Shown in pieces: positions 29,350 to 41,100 of a stretch of 64,000 nucleotides of DNA; position 1 is the stretch's first letter, and every line of letters starts with the position of its first letter. The notes under the pieces are model-generated. The model saw nothing but the letters and a program-made list of their open reading frames with translations. It was not told the DNA's origin and did not search any database. The position numbers were made by a program, and so were the translations under genes. Source of the stretch: an uncultured Erysipelotrichaceae bacterium (lineage in GTDB: Bacteria; Bacillota_I; Bacilli_A; RFN20; CAG-826); assembly GCA_902777015.1 (NCBI GenBank), contig CACYSA010000001.1:50525-114524 (forward strand), written 5' to 3'.

Positions 29350-30536
29350 ATGCCGAAAAAGGTATTGTTATTAAATGATAAGAAATAAGTTTTATGAGCC
29401 TGAGAAGGTCTATATTCATTAAAAACATTAAACTTATCTATTTTCCCGGGACTAATCACTTCACATTCTCTTGAAAGTTGATCATATAGGAATAGTTTCC
29501 CATTGTAATAATACATGGCTCCGTTTAGATCGTAATCTATCAAAAACGCCCCATTTGGGTAATCTTTTATCAATGAGAGAGTATTTTTTGCAACATCTAA
29601 AGAAAACAAATAGGACTTTTTTAATCCGCAAATGCAGGTAGAAGGGTATATCGTGTAATCTTTAATAAGACAGTTTGAATCAGGTTTATATTCGTAGCAA
29701 GCAAACAATACATTATCTTCAATTATGTACGGTTGGCCATAAAGCATATTTACATCATAGTCAAAAGGGAAAGATGAAATACGACCACTGTTGTTTACAG
29801 TTAAAACTTTACTTTCTGAGATTGTTAATTCTAAATTTCGCGACAAGGAATAAATACTGTGATTATTTTCATTAACAATCATTTTTGTTTTTTTGGAGTT
29901 CTTTTCTGAAACAAATGTTATTTGCCCGTCATTTACATTTAATGTTAAAGAAGCGTCATCATCAATATAGTTAGTAGATTCAAGCACATTTTCAAGCAAA
30001 ACAGTCGTTTCTTTATCTATAAACCTGCATCTATTGAGAGAATAATAACTATTTTCTGGATAATAAACAGTAAAATACAAATAGTTTTCAGTACACTCTA
30101 TATCCGTAATCCAAATCCCTGGGTTGGTTGTAAAAGAATAAGAAAGCGATAAAGATTTGTCAAATATTTCAATTCTTGAATGATTGCTATCTTTTAGCGA
30201 CGATTTTTCATTAAGTATTAAAAAAGAAGCATTCGAAGTCATTCCAACAAGATTGTAATGTCCTTCCCCCACTATATTAGAATAGACATCTTCATAATAA
30301 GGCAGATTATTCTCTCTTGCGTTTAAACTATGCTTAAAAACTCCACTGTGCTGCGGTATCGAGAAATACGAATTACCACTAGTGTCTTCAAACAAAAATA
30401 ATGAATTGGTTAGAATTGTCGGATGATGGCATTCAATAGTAAATAAGCTACACGCTGAAAGAAGCGTGCTAAAACAAATCAACAATAAAATAGATTTATG
30501 GAAATTGCTTATTTGTCTAAAAAATAATCTTTTCAT
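29346..30536 (-). CDS. Hypothetical lipoprotein, Tyr/Asn-rich (possibly beta-propeller-like)
   Basis: Trimmed to ATG 30536 (MKRLFFRQISNFHKSILLLICFSTLLSAC). This gives a signal peptide with an LSAC lipobox. Confidence 0.7.
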   Translation of the reverse strand: MKRLFFRQISNFHKSILLLICFSTLLSACSLFTIECHHPTILTNSLFLFEDTSGNSYFSIPQHSGVFKHSLNARENNLPYYEDVYSNIVGEGHYNLVGMTSNASFLILNEKSSLKDSNHSRIEIFDKSLSLSYSFTTNPGIWITDIECTENYLYFTVYYPENSYYSLNRCRFIDKETTVLLENVLESTNYIDDDASLTLNVNDGQITFVSEKNSKKTKMIVNENNHSIYSLSRNLELTISESKVLTVNNSGRISSFPFDYDVNMLYGQPYIIEDNVLFACYEYKPDSNCLIKDYTIYPSTCICGLKKSYLFSLDVAKNTLSLIKDYPNGAFLIDYDLNGAMYYYNGKLFLYDQLSRECEVISPGKIDKFNVFNEYRPSQAHKTYFLSFNNNTFFGI

Positions 30537-30764
30537 CTTAAATTCAAAAAGCTGTCTATATTTATCAAATGGATAATTAGAATATGGATAAGTTGGCATA
30601 ACTTATTATAACATGCATTTTTTAACATAAACTACGTTTTTTGCCAAAAAATAAAGACGATTTTAGATAGATTATGCGTAAAAATGCGCTATAATAAAAT
30701 TGCTTGTAATCATCCATATATTTGGTTATGATATAGGACTTGACTTAAAGAGGAGACTATTATT

Positions 30765-32405
30765 ATGTCATTCAAAGTTATTTTTAATGGAAAAGAAAAG
30801 ATTTATGATGCTCCAATTACTGTCTTAGATATCGTTGGTAAAGACAAGGATATTGTCTGTGCTTACGTTAATAGACGTGTTCGTGAGTTAACATACACAA
30901 TTGATAAGGATTCAGAGATTGTGCCTTTAACCTGCAAAGACAGAGACGCAAAACCAATTTATGAAGCATCTTTACGTTTCTTAGTGGCGATGGCGATGCA
31001 CAAAATCCATCCAAATTATGAAATTAGATTTGCTTATAACGTTTCAAGAAGTATCTTCTTACAAATCTTAAATCCAGGCACAAGTGCTTCTGGTATTATG
31101 ATTAAAGAATTAATCGCTGAAATGAACCGTTTAGTGGAACTTGATTTACCACTTGAAAGAAAGATCGTTTCTAAAGAAGAAGCCGCGAGAATCTTTACTG
31201 AAGATGGCTATCAAGACAAAGTTGATATTTTAAAATATCGTCCAGAAAAGACCGCTCATATTTATAAATGTGGTAACTATCGTAACTACATGTATAACAG
31301 AATGGTTCCATCCACTGGTTATATTAGAAAATGGGCTGTTAGATATTATCACCCAGGCATGATTATTCAATATCCACGTCCTGACTATCATGGTGAAATT
31401 CCTCCATTTGAAGACGCTCCAACATTTGGCAAAACCTTAAAAAGAGCGCATCAATGGGCTTTAGCGACAGGTTGTAACACTATCGTTGGTATTAACGAAA
31501 GAATTGAACATGATGGCGATATCGAATTTATCACACTTTGTGAACAAAGACACAATCGTCAATTATGTGAATTAGGTCAAATGATTGAAGACGAAAAAGA
31601 ATCTATTCGTTTGATTTGTATCGCTGGTCCTTCTTCCTCTGGTAAGACCACATTCGCTAATAGATTAAGAATTGAATTATTATCACGTGGTATTAAAGCG
31701 GTTCGTATTTCTATGGACGACTACTATCTTGATAGAGGTAAAGCTCCATTAGATGAAGACGGCAAACCAGATTTAGAAAGTGCGGATGCTTTAGATATCG
31801 AATTATTTAACCAAAATTTATCTGATTTAATCGCTGGTTTAGAAGTTGAACTTCCTAAATACGACTTCAAATTAGGTTGTAGAGTGAAAGGTAGAACTTT
31901 AGTGGTTCCACAAGATCAACCAATTATTATTGAAGGCATTCACGCTTTAAATGAAAGATTAACAGCCTCTATTCCTGCTCACCAAAAGTTCAAAATCTTT
32001 ATTGCCCCACAATCACAAGTCAATATTGATAACCATAACCCAATGAGTTTAACTGACTTAAGACTTCTTAGAAGAATTGTCCGTGACCATCAATTCCGTA
32101 ACGCTTCTGCAATATCCACTATTGCGATGTGGCCAAGTGTTAGAAAAGGTGAATTCAAATGGATTTATAACACTCAAGAAGGCGCTAATTATGTCTTTAA
32201 TTCATTCTCAAGTTTTGAGCTTAGTGTTATGAAGAAATATGCGATGCCATTACTTGAAGAAATCGATACTGAAAGTGAGTATTATCCAGTCGCTGAAAGA
32301 CTTATTCGTATGCTTAAGTTCTTTGATGACTTATCTGATAAATGGGTTCCATGTAACTCTATTATTAGAGAATTCATCGGTGGTTCTTGTTACGAAGACG
32401 CTTAA
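30765..32405 (+). CDS. Uridine-kinase-family nucleoside kinase with N-terminal TGS-like domain
   Basis: 546 aa with P-loop GPSSSGKTT and a PRK/Udk-like region. GAGGAG lies upstream of the ATG. Confidence 0.7.
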   Translation: MSFKVIFNGKEKIYDAPITVLDIVGKDKDIVCAYVNRRVRELTYTIDKDSEIVPLTCKDRDAKPIYEASLRFLVAMAMHKIHPNYEIRFAYNVSRSIFLQILNPGTSASGIMIKELIAEMNRLVELDLPLERKIVSKEEAARIFTEDGYQDKVDILKYRPEKTAHIYKCGNYRNYMYNRMVPSTGYIRKWAVRYYHPGMIIQYPRPDYHGEIPPFEDAPTFGKTLKRAHQWALATGCNTIVGINERIEHDGDIEFITLCEQRHNRQLCELGQMIEDEKESIRLICIAGPSSSGKTTFANRLRIELLSRGIKAVRISMDDYYLDRGKAPLDEDGKPDLESADALDIELFNQNLSDLIAGLEVELPKYDFKLGCRVKGRTLVVPQDQPIIIEGIHALNERLTASIPAHQKFKIFIAPQSQVNIDNHNPMSLTDLRLLRRIVRDHQFRNASAISTIAMWPSVRKGEFKWIYNTQEGANYVFNSFSSFELSVMKKYAMPLLEEIDTESEYYPVAERLIRMLKFFDDLSDKWVPCNSIIREFIGGSCYEDA

Positions 32406-32424
32406 TAGATTAATTACTATTATT

Positions 32425-32453
32425 CCCTCCAGGTTTATGCTTGGAGGGTTTTT
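32425..32453 (+). terminator. Rho-independent terminator
   Basis: CCCTCCAGG-loop-CTTGGAGGG hairpin followed by TTTTT. Confidence 0.75.
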
Positions 32454-32531
32454 ATTATAATCATGATATTTTCTAGAAATTATCATCTGATAATGCTACT
32501 ATTTATCTTGTGATAAAAAGAGGACAATATC

Positions 32532-33068
32532 ATGACTGATCAAGAATACTTAGATAAAAATGAAAAGAAGATTGAAAATAGTAATGATTACATTAGCTAT
32601 TTATCAGAAAAACATATCATCAAAGAAGAAGATTTAGATGAATCAGAATTAGTGATTCTCGCTAAAAGATATAAAAGTAAAGGTGACTTAGCGGGTTCTA
32701 TCATTTGTGTTGTCGTTGGTATTCCATGTATTCTTTTAATCTTTGGCATCATCTTAGTGGTCTTTGGGGCGATGAACATTTCTAGATGGGTCAATAATAA
32801 CGACATCAAACATGAATGTGTCGCATGGTCTCCTTCTAGAAAACAAATTATTCTTTTTGAAAGCCATAATGTTATTTATGGTTTTGATCCTAGAGACATT
32901 AAATACATCTCTCATGATGGTAACGATAACATCGCTAAAGCGGTTATCAGATATAACGATAGAGAAAAGTTCTATTATCTTGGTAAATCAACTTTAGATG
33001 AAGTACAATCTTGTAACTTTGAAATCGGTAGATTGCAGAAGCAACTAAACGATGAAGAAAATAAATAA
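32532..33068 (+). CDS. Hypothetical membrane protein
   Basis: 178 aa with one long hydrophobic segment (IICVVVGIPCILLIFGIILVVFGAM). GAGGA upstream. Confidence 0.65.
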   Translation: MTDQEYLDKNEKKIENSNDYISYLSEKHIIKEEDLDESELVILAKRYKSKGDLAGSIICVVVGIPCILLIFGIILVVFGAMNISRWVNNNDIKHECVAWSPSRKQIILFESHNVIYGFDPRDIKYISHDGNDNIAKAVIRYNDREKFYYLGKSTLDEVQSCNFEIGRLQKQLNDEENK

Positions 33069-33091
33069 GGCTCGTTAGTTCGAGCCTTTTT
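33067..33091. terminator. Bidirectional terminator between convergent genes
   Basis: AAGGCTCG-TTAGTT-CGAGCCTT hairpin with T-runs on both strands. It overlaps the stop of the minus-strand gene. Confidence 0.7.
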
Positions 33092-34208
33092 CATTCCATC
33101 TTTTTTGTAATGATTTAAACGTTTCTAGTTCGCGTTTATGAATTATCACTAACTGTGAATAATAGACTTTACGCATTTCTTCATATTGTTGCATTTGTGA
33201 AGGGTTAACACGTTTAGAGAATAAAGAAGTAAACACCTTTTCTAATCTAAAGAATGACTCATATAGACTTAATAAAGTCATGTAATAGAAATATTCTTTA
33301 TTAGAATAAATTAATAAAGGTGTGCTATGGATGATTTCAGAAGATATTTCATACCTTTTTGCATACATTTCTAGTCCAGCGAGCTTTTCTAAACCATCTC
33401 TAAAATTAAGTTTAAAGTTAGGATCATCTTTATCAGCGATTAAATATAGCCAACCATATTCGATGTATTTACGGATATCTTTACTCTTTAAGCCATATCC
33501 TCTCATCTCTTCTTTCATTTCATAGAAGATTTTATCTTGTTCACTTTTATCTGGAATTGTGTCATTAAAAGCAAAACCAAAATTCATATGTCTAAGATAT
33601 TTATTAATAATTGGCTCTCCATATTTATCTAAAAGAATTAAAGTACATTCACATTCATGAAGAGTTCTCCAAGAAGAGAAAGCTTCTGTTTCATAGCCGT
33701 TTAATAGTTGCTCTAGAATGCTACGAGAAATAGTTAATGACTTCATTAATAGATCACTAATAAGAGATGATTGAGGATCATTTTTCTTATAGCCTTTAAC
33801 GATATTAAGCATGAAATTTAAATAGATATTTAAAGATGACGCTGGAGGAAGGAATCTATTACCTAATTTCTTTTCAACATGGTTAAAGATAGATAATGAT
33901 AAATATTTATCCGCGGCGACACTTGCCATAGAAGAAGGATATGTTTCATTTTCTTTAAATCTTTGAATGCCTTGTTCATCTAAATGAGAAATAGAATAAT
34001 AATATTCGCCGACGACATAAAGTAAGAGTTCAAATTGGTTAACTTCTTTAACCTCTATTTGACTATTTTCTTCATCGACATATCCAATGAGTTCATTAGC
34101 GAGTTCGTAGACACCATAAATATAACTAGCATCAAGAGGAACATTCACTTGAATGCTATTGATATAGTTTGTTACTTGCGCTTCACTCCAGATATTCTTT
34201 TTTTCCAT
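33075..34208 (-). CDS. Hypothetical helical protein, translationally coupled to glpK
   Basis: 377 aa. The ATG lies 1 nt after the glpK stop (TAA-C-ATG). No motif recognised. Confidence 0.7.
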   Translation of the reverse strand: MEKKNIWSEAQVTNYINSIQVNVPLDASYIYGVYELANELIGYVDEENSQIEVKEVNQFELLLYVVGEYYYSISHLDEQGIQRFKENETYPSSMASVAADKYLSLSIFNHVEKKLGNRFLPPASSLNIYLNFMLNIVKGYKKNDPQSSLISDLLMKSLTISRSILEQLLNGYETEAFSSWRTLHECECTLILLDKYGEPIINKYLRHMNFGFAFNDTIPDKSEQDKIFYEMKEEMRGYGLKSKDIRKYIEYGWLYLIADKDDPNFKLNFRDGLEKLAGLEMYAKRYEISSEIIHSTPLLIYSNKEYFYYMTLLSLYESFFRLEKVFTSLFSKRVNPSQMQQYEEMRKVYYSQLVIIHKRELETFKSLQKRWNEKGSN

Positions 34209-34209
34209 G

Positions 34210-35679
34210 TTATTTAAACATTCTTGTCGCTTTGACCGCTTTCTTCCAACCGCGATATAATTCTTTCACTTCTTTTTGTTTCATGATTGGATTATAAGTC
34301 GCTTGATATTCATGAATCTTCTTAATGCTTTCTAAATTAGGGAAATAACCGGATTGGAGACCCGCCATATAGGCCGCACCTAAAGCGGTTGTTTCTAAGC
34401 ATTGTGGTAATTTAATTGTTGTATGTAATATATCACTTTGGAACTGCATAAGATACTTATTTTTTGTAGCCCCACCGTCAACTTTTAATACAGTGATGCA
34501 TTGTCCTGCATCTTTTTGCATGACTTCCATCACGTCTTTACATTGATAGGCAATGCCTTCTAAACACGCTCTAACAAATTGGGAACGATTTGTACCTCTA
34601 GTTAAACCAAATACCGCGCCTCTAGCATCATCGTCCCAATAAGGTGTTCCTAAACCAGTAAAGGCTGGGACAACATAAACTTTAGTGCGATGACTTTGTT
34701 GGGCCACTTGTTCACATTCAGCGGAATCTTTGATGAGTTGCATTTCATCTCTCATCCATTGGACAACCGCTCCACCAACGAAGACTGAACCTTCTAAAGC
34801 GTAAGTAGCTTCTTCACCAATTTGCCACGCTACAGTTGTTAATAAGCCATTATGTGAGAAGACTGGTTTATTACCGGTATTAACTAATAAGAAACAACCA
34901 GTACCATAGGTATTTTTACTTTCACCAGCGGTAAAACATGTTTGACCAAATAAGGCTGCTTGTTGGTCACCAATAACACCTGTAATATGAGCGGAACATT
35001 TTAAATAACTAGCTTCGCCATAATCATAAGCACTTGGTTTGACGCTTGGTAGCATCTTCATTGGGATATTGAATAAAGCACATAATTCTTCATCCCACTT
35101 CATTTCATTAATATTAAATAATAATGTTCTAGAAGCATTAGTTACATCAGTAGCGTGCACTTTGCCTTTAGTTAATTTATAAATTATCCAAGAATCGATT
35201 GTGCCGAATAATAAATCACCAGATTCCGCTTTGTTTTGTCCATCTTCTAAATGATCAAGAATAAAACGAATCTTACTAGCGGAGAAATATGGATTAATTA
35301 ATAAACCAGTTCTTTGATGAATAAATTCTTTTTTATCTTCTAATTTATCGCATATTTCAGCGGATTGACGGGACTGCCATACAATGGCGTTACAAACAGG
35401 TAAGCCAGTTTTCTTTGACCACACTACTGAAGTTTCTCTTTGGTTTGTTAAACCAATAGAATCAATATCATCAATTGTTAAATTAGCCTTAATAAGGACT
35501 TCATTGATGACATCCACAACTGAGACCCAAATGGCTAAAGCATCAACTTCAACCCAACCAGAATGAGGGAAGATACATGATACCTCACGTTGGGCCATTT
35601 GGAATGGTTTACCGTTACGATCAAATAAAATGGCTCTTGAACTTGTTGTTCCTTGATCAATCGCTAAAATGTACTTCAT
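34210..35679 (-). CDS. glpK: Glycerol kinase
   Basis: 489 aa starting MKYILAIDQGTTSSRAILFD, with FGGY-family motifs throughout. Confidence 0.95.
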   Translation of the reverse strand: MKYILAIDQGTTSSRAILFDRNGKPFQMAQREVSCIFPHSGWVEVDALAIWVSVVDVINEVLIKANLTIDDIDSIGLTNQRETSVVWSKKTGLPVCNAIVWQSRQSAEICDKLEDKKEFIHQRTGLLINPYFSASKIRFILDHLEDGQNKAESGDLLFGTIDSWIIYKLTKGKVHATDVTNASRTLLFNINEMKWDEELCALFNIPMKMLPSVKPSAYDYGEASYLKCSAHITGVIGDQQAALFGQTCFTAGESKNTYGTGCFLLVNTGNKPVFSHNGLLTTVAWQIGEEATYALEGSVFVGGAVVQWMRDEMQLIKDSAECEQVAQQSHRTKVYVVPAFTGLGTPYWDDDARGAVFGLTRGTNRSQFVRACLEGIAYQCKDVMEVMQKDAGQCITVLKVDGGATKNKYLMQFQSDILHTTIKLPQCLETTALGAAYMAGLQSGYFPNLESIKKIHEYQATYNPIMKQKEVKELYRGWKKAVKATRMFK

Positions 35680-35690
35680 TTTTTTAACCT

Positions 35691-36947
35691 CTATATGCGT
35701 GTGGCCATCATTCTTTCAACATCGACCATTTCTTTAGCGATGTTCTTACTTAAGACGACCGCTCCGTCTTCACTTACTAAGACATCATCTTCGATACGGA
35801 CACCGACACCATATTTAGCAAAATATAAACCAGGTTCAACAGTAATGACATTACCGTTTTGAAGTGGTTTTTCTCTTAAAGAAATATCGTGAGTATCTAA
35901 ACCTAAATGATGAGAAACATTATGATAATAATAATTTCTAATATCGTCATTAATATCCATTAAGCCAGAATTGATGCATTGTTTACGTAAAAATTCGGTA
36001 GCGAATTCTTGTAAATCTTTAATGGTTAATCCTGGTTTAATCATTTGAATAACTGCTTTATTGCAGTTAAGGACTGCTTCATATATTTTAGCTTGAACAC
36101 CTTCAAACTTACCGTTTACTGGGAAAGTACGAGAAATATCCGCACTATATTCTTCGTGGTTATATCCAAGGTCGAAGAGTATTAAATCATTTTCCTTAAC
36201 GGTATCGTTTTGAGAAGGATAATGTAAACATGTCGCGTTTTTTCCTGAGGCCACGATTGTGGAGAACGCTAAGGTAGAACGTTCGTGTAAACGACCATAT
36301 AATTCAAAATAATCAGCGAGTTCGTGTTCTTTCATGCCCACTTTTAAGTGGTTAAGAGCGAAAGCAATGCCGTTATTTGTTCTTTCAATAGCTTTGACTA
36401 AACATTCAACTTCAGAAGCGGATTTAATCATTCTTAAATCTCTTAAGATTGGATAGCTATCAATGATGTTCTTTTGATAATCGAGCTGTATTTTAACTGA
36501 TAAATCATTCATGAACATCCCTTCTTTAAGTTTTTGTTCTGGAGAAGTTAAATCTAAATAAACACAATCGATATCGCCATATTGATTGTTTTCATTAGTG
36601 AGGGCTAAAGATAACATTGTTTCTAAGTTATCGCTTGTGTAAACACTATTTAAGCCACTGATATAAATTGCTTGTTCTGGAGTTAAGCGTTTACCTGTCC
36701 ACTTCTCTTTTAATTCACTATATGGATCAATGAAGAGGTAGGCTCTTCTTTCACCAATAGCCTTAATTAACATAAGCGCGCTGTGCTCTTGTTTAATACC
36801 TGTTAAATAATAGAAATTTTTATTAACCACAAATGGAAGATATTCATCTTCACTAGCGATTTTACTGACGCCAGAAAAGAATAAAGCCACGCTATTATCT
36901 TTCATTTGATCAAACACTTTTTTACGACGGTTTTCAAATTCAGACAT
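35691..36947 (-). CDS. pepP: M24-family Xaa-Pro aminopeptidase
   Basis: 418 aa with metal-ligand motifs DLGYNHEEYSADISRT, HHLGLDTHD, EPGLY and RIEDDV. Confidence 0.85.
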   Translation of the reverse strand: MSEFENRRKKVFDQMKDNSVALFFSGVSKIASEDEYLPFVVNKNFYYLTGIKQEHSALMLIKAIGERRAYLFIDPYSELKEKWTGKRLTPEQAIYISGLNSVYTSDNLETMLSLALTNENNQYGDIDCVYLDLTSPEQKLKEGMFMNDLSVKIQLDYQKNIIDSYPILRDLRMIKSASEVECLVKAIERTNNGIAFALNHLKVGMKEHELADYFELYGRLHERSTLAFSTIVASGKNATCLHYPSQNDTVKENDLILFDLGYNHEEYSADISRTFPVNGKFEGVQAKIYEAVLNCNKAVIQMIKPGLTIKDLQEFATEFLRKQCINSGLMDINDDIRNYYYHNVSHHLGLDTHDISLREKPLQNGNVITVEPGLYFAKYGVGVRIEDDVLVSEDGAVVLSKNIAKEMVDVERMMATRI

Positions 36948-36949
36948 AA

Positions 36950-37765
36950 TTATTCTCCTTTGATTTTATTGATGATTGATTGAATTTCTGGAAGGGCAAT
37001 CTTTTCAATTTCACCTGTATCCATGAGTTTGGTGTTATCACTGTTGAGTGGTAACTTACCTAAAATATCGAATTTCATTTGTTTAGCGAATTCATCTAAA
37101 TGTGATTCACCAAATAAAGGAATCTTTTCTTCACATTTTGGGCAGACAAGATATGACATATTTTCAACGACGCCTAAGACATGAATGTTCATCATTTCCG
37201 CCATCTTGATGGCTTTAGAAACGATTAAAGACACTAAGTCTTGAGGAGAGGTAACGATGATTAAATCATCGATTGGTAAGCTTTGGAATGTGGTTAAAGC
37301 GACATCACCTGTGCCTGGAGGCATATCGATTAATAAGACATCTAATTCGCCCCAAGCGACATCTTCAAAGAATTGCTTAACTAAATTACCTAATAATGGT
37401 CCTCTCCAAATGATTGGATCAGTTTCATTATCAAGCAATAAATTAGCGCTCATGATTTCAATGCCACCCTTGCTCTTCGCAGGATAGATGAAATTATTTT
37501 CGCCATAAGCTTTTTCTTTAATGCCGAAGGCTTTTGGAATACTTGGACCAGTAATATCAGCGTCTAAGATACCAACTTTTAAGCCGTTTCTATTTAAATA
37601 AGCAGCGATTGATGAGGTAACGAATGATTTACCAACACCACCTTTACCAGAAAGAACACCGATGATTCTTTTGATATTGCTTAATTCGTTTTGTTTTGAT
37701 TTTGTAATACGTTCCCCACAGCCTTCAACGCCGCAGGTATCACAGTTATGCGTACATTCTGCCAT
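36950..37765 (-). CDS. mrp: Mrp/NBP35/ApbC-family Fe-S cluster carrier ATPase
   Basis: 271 aa with deviant Walker A GKGGVGKS, a CPKC motif and a Cys-rich N-terminus. Confidence 0.88.
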   Translation of the reverse strand: MAECTHNCDTCGVEGCGERITKSKQNELSNIKRIIGVLSGKGGVGKSFVTSSIAAYLNRNGLKVGILDADITGPSIPKAFGIKEKAYGENNFIYPAKSKGGIEIMSANLLLDNETDPIIWRGPLLGNLVKQFFEDVAWGELDVLLIDMPPGTGDVALTTFQSLPIDDLIIVTSPQDLVSLIVSKAIKMAEMMNIHVLGVVENMSYLVCPKCEEKIPLFGESHLDEFAKQMKFDILGKLPLNSDNTKLMDTGEIEKIALPEIQSIINKIKGE

Positions 37766-37780
37766 ATGATGATTTCCTTT

Positions 37781-38161
37781 CTAAATACTGATTAACTCAC
37801 TCGCGTTAATGACATCCACTCCCGCTTGTAAGTATGTCCTCAACAATCTTGAGGCACCTAATAGAGTACCACCAAAATATCTAACAACCAAGAGAGCGAC
37901 ATTATTAATGTCTTTTTTATGTAAAAGCTCTAATAACGGATGTCCCGCTGTACCTTTTGGTTCCCCATCATCACTAGATTTGCTCTTCATGTTGACGCGG
38001 TAAGCATAGACGATATGTTTGGCTTTTTTATGTTCTTTACGAAGAAGGGCTAATAATGGTTTGAAATCTTCTTCGTTATTAAGTGGTACTAAGTAAGCGA
38101 TGAATTTAGATTTCATCACTTCGATTTGATTGATAAATTGCTTATTAACAGTACTAGCCAT
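37781..38161 (-). CDS. yigZ: IMPACT/YigZ-family protein
   Basis: Trimmed to ATG 38161 (MASTVNKQF...), 1 nt after the stop of the giant gene. UPF0029 motifs are present (DDGEPKGTAG, VVRYFGGTLLG). Confidence 0.8.
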   Translation of the reverse strand: MASTVNKQFINQIEVMKSKFIAYLVPLNNEEDFKPLLALLRKEHKKAKHIVYAYRVNMKSKSSDDGEPKGTAGHPLLELLHKKDINNVALLVVRYFGGTLLGASRLLRTYLQAGVDVINASELISI

Positions 38162-38162
38162 A

Positions 38163-41100
38163 TTAAATAAGAATTGTTGCTCCTGATAAGAAGGTATGGA
38201 TATATTCACCATATTCTTTAAATGAGAAAGTATTGCTGTAGATATTACTATCTACACTTGGATCAGTAACTGTTTCATCAACAGGAACAAACATTTCACC
38301 AGCATTGAGCACTAATGGGTTTCTCAATAGCTTGATATATTGATGGGCTTCAGTGAGATATAAAGCTTGAGCAAGATGTGAATTATTGCCTGCATCTTTA
38401 CCCATCATAGTAAAGCAGTTTTTAATTGATTCACTATTAGCCTTCATTGAAGCTGGGGTACTAGTTGTACCGATATAAGATAAGGAATCAATAATACCTT
38501 CTAAACCATCTCTTTCAACGACATCAAGTTCGTTATAGTCGCTTAAAGTTAATGTATTAGCATCATCATTACCAAAGCTAAATAATTGATAACGATAAGC
38601 AGCATATGCTGGAGTGGTATCAAGTTTAGTATATTGGTTTTCTAAGATGTAATTGAATAAACCAGAAACGAATTCAGAAGCAATTGCTGAACGTTTATAT
38701 TGTGTTGGATCGGTTTCATTAGTGGCGTTATAAGCGCATTCAACGATTTGTAAGATTAAGGCTTTCTTAGATTTAATTGTTTCGATATTGTTATCAGAGA
38801 ATGTTGTTGCGGTAATTTCATCTGTGGTTAAATCAATTAATTGCTTTAAGCCTTTGGCTTCAACGATATAAGTAATATCATTTTCATCTTCAAAATAATT
38901 ATGCATATGCACTAATTTGGAGAGAGTGGCAATCTTATCCGCTTCACTCTTAGCTGCTGTAGAAACATCAGCGTCTCTAGCGATATAAGAAGATAAATCA
39001 GCGCCTAAAGAATTATTAAGCATAATGCCTTGAGCGGTAATCTTTTGACCAGTTGTTAAAGTGTTATATTCATCATAATTACCCGCTAAAGAGGTATTTA
39101 AGATATGTGATTTATAGACATAACGTAATAAACCAGTTAAGCGTGTTTCGCCTTCACTACCTTGGACAAATTCATTTAAGTTATCCATATTGGTGACATA
39201 TTTTGGTGTGCCTTCTTTATGGATGGAATTCATCACTTGATAAATATTATCAATTTCTGTACCTTCATCCGCATTAGCGTTACTACCACCATAAACGACT
39301 TGGCCTAAACGATAATAGGCATAATTAACTGTGTCATAAGTAGTAAGTGTACCTAAATTAATGGAATCAAAACCATCTTTGATGAATTTTGGTAAAGCAT
39401 CACAAACGATATCAGAACTATTAACCGCTTTAAGCATGTTCTTAATATCGATTGGATCTAATTGATCAAGGGCAAAAGTTGAGATATCTAAAGATGAACC
39501 ACTACCTAAATCAGCGGCGGTATTAGCTAATTTCATAATGGCGTCAACTTCTTGTGACCACGCTAAACCTTGCGCTTTGTGATAGACATTTGTGGAAATA
39601 CCTGTATCGTCAGCTTGTGTCATTTCTTTAATGCGGTCATATAATTTTGCACTAGCGCTAGCTTGAGAATCATATGATGAATCATAAGCAAATGTATCTA
39701 AGCTAACGAAGGAGCAAATCTTAGCAATCATTTCTTCAAATAATGTATAACCATTATCAAATTTATCTGTGTAATAACTGATACCTGGATAATCGCCTCT
39801 TCTAGCAGGAGAATGGAACAAATTAGAATTATGCATATCCATGAGGATATCTTTAAGCGCTCCACCTTCACCTGTGATGGCTTTTAAGGCTAATGGATTA
39901 GACATTTCTTTACCGTCTAATTGTGTATCGAGTTCTTGATAATCTTCTAATAATTTAACGATGCTATTAATGTCTTTAGCTAAATATTTAGCGGTGTAAT
40001 TAGCTTCACTTCTAGCCACCGTATCGTTATAGAAATAATGATAATATGGATCAACACAACTGAAGTTGACTTTTTGGCCATTACTTTCAATATTGAATTG
40101 ATCGTTTTCAATAAAGATTTTATAAATGGTATTTGGTAAGCAGTCGCTTAATAAATTACTGTTATTTAAATCATTAAATAATGTTTCGATTGTTTCGATG
40201 TTGTCACTTCTCTTCATATCAACGTTGTTGATATTAGTGACAGTATTGCCATCTTTATCTTTTAACGAATAGAAAGCATCAACACTATTTAATAAATTAT
40301 CGATTTCAGTGTGATGTTTATTAATTTGAGTAGCGTAGTCTAAAGATAAATCACTAATTTCTTTATCAGTTAAGAATGTTGATTTAACAAGATAATCAAC
40401 CTTGGTATCTTTAGAAGAATAATTAGTGGCATTAGCATCTTTTGGTGAATTAGCGCCTAAATAGATACTATCTTTGATGCTGCTTTCTTTTAGCATCGAA
40501 TTGAATAAGCCTTGGAATGTAGTCACACTACCGACTTTAGCGGAACCTAAACGATGGAAGATATATGAATCGCCTAAATCTTTAAGCGCTTTTTTCATAT
40601 CATTTAAGAAACCATCTTTATTAAGTTTAGAATAATCAAAATTATTACTAGAATCGATAATGCCTTTATCTTTGGCTTTATTGATGACTTCATAGAAGTC
40701 CACTAGTTTATCAATTTCAGCTTTTCTAGCGACTCTTGCATTAGCGAAATCCATGATGTCGTAGTTAGCATCAATCATATAAGCGTTATAAGCACTTGAT
40801 AAATTGAAAGCACTATAACCATTTAATAAATTTTCACCAGCGATACGATAGAAGCTATATAAGCAGATACGTAAACATGATGTCTCATTAATTGAAGTTA
40901 ATAATCCTTCCACTAAGGAATTTGGTAATTGATTGAATGGTACTTGATTACCAGCATTTGGACCTTTAGTGGCTTTTTCTAAAACACGCATTGAATAGGT
41001 CATGAAACGGCAGACACGAGAAATTTCATCACTATCAAAGACATCAGTGTAATCACTAACGAATTTATCACTACCGAAATAATCACCCCAAACATTAGCT

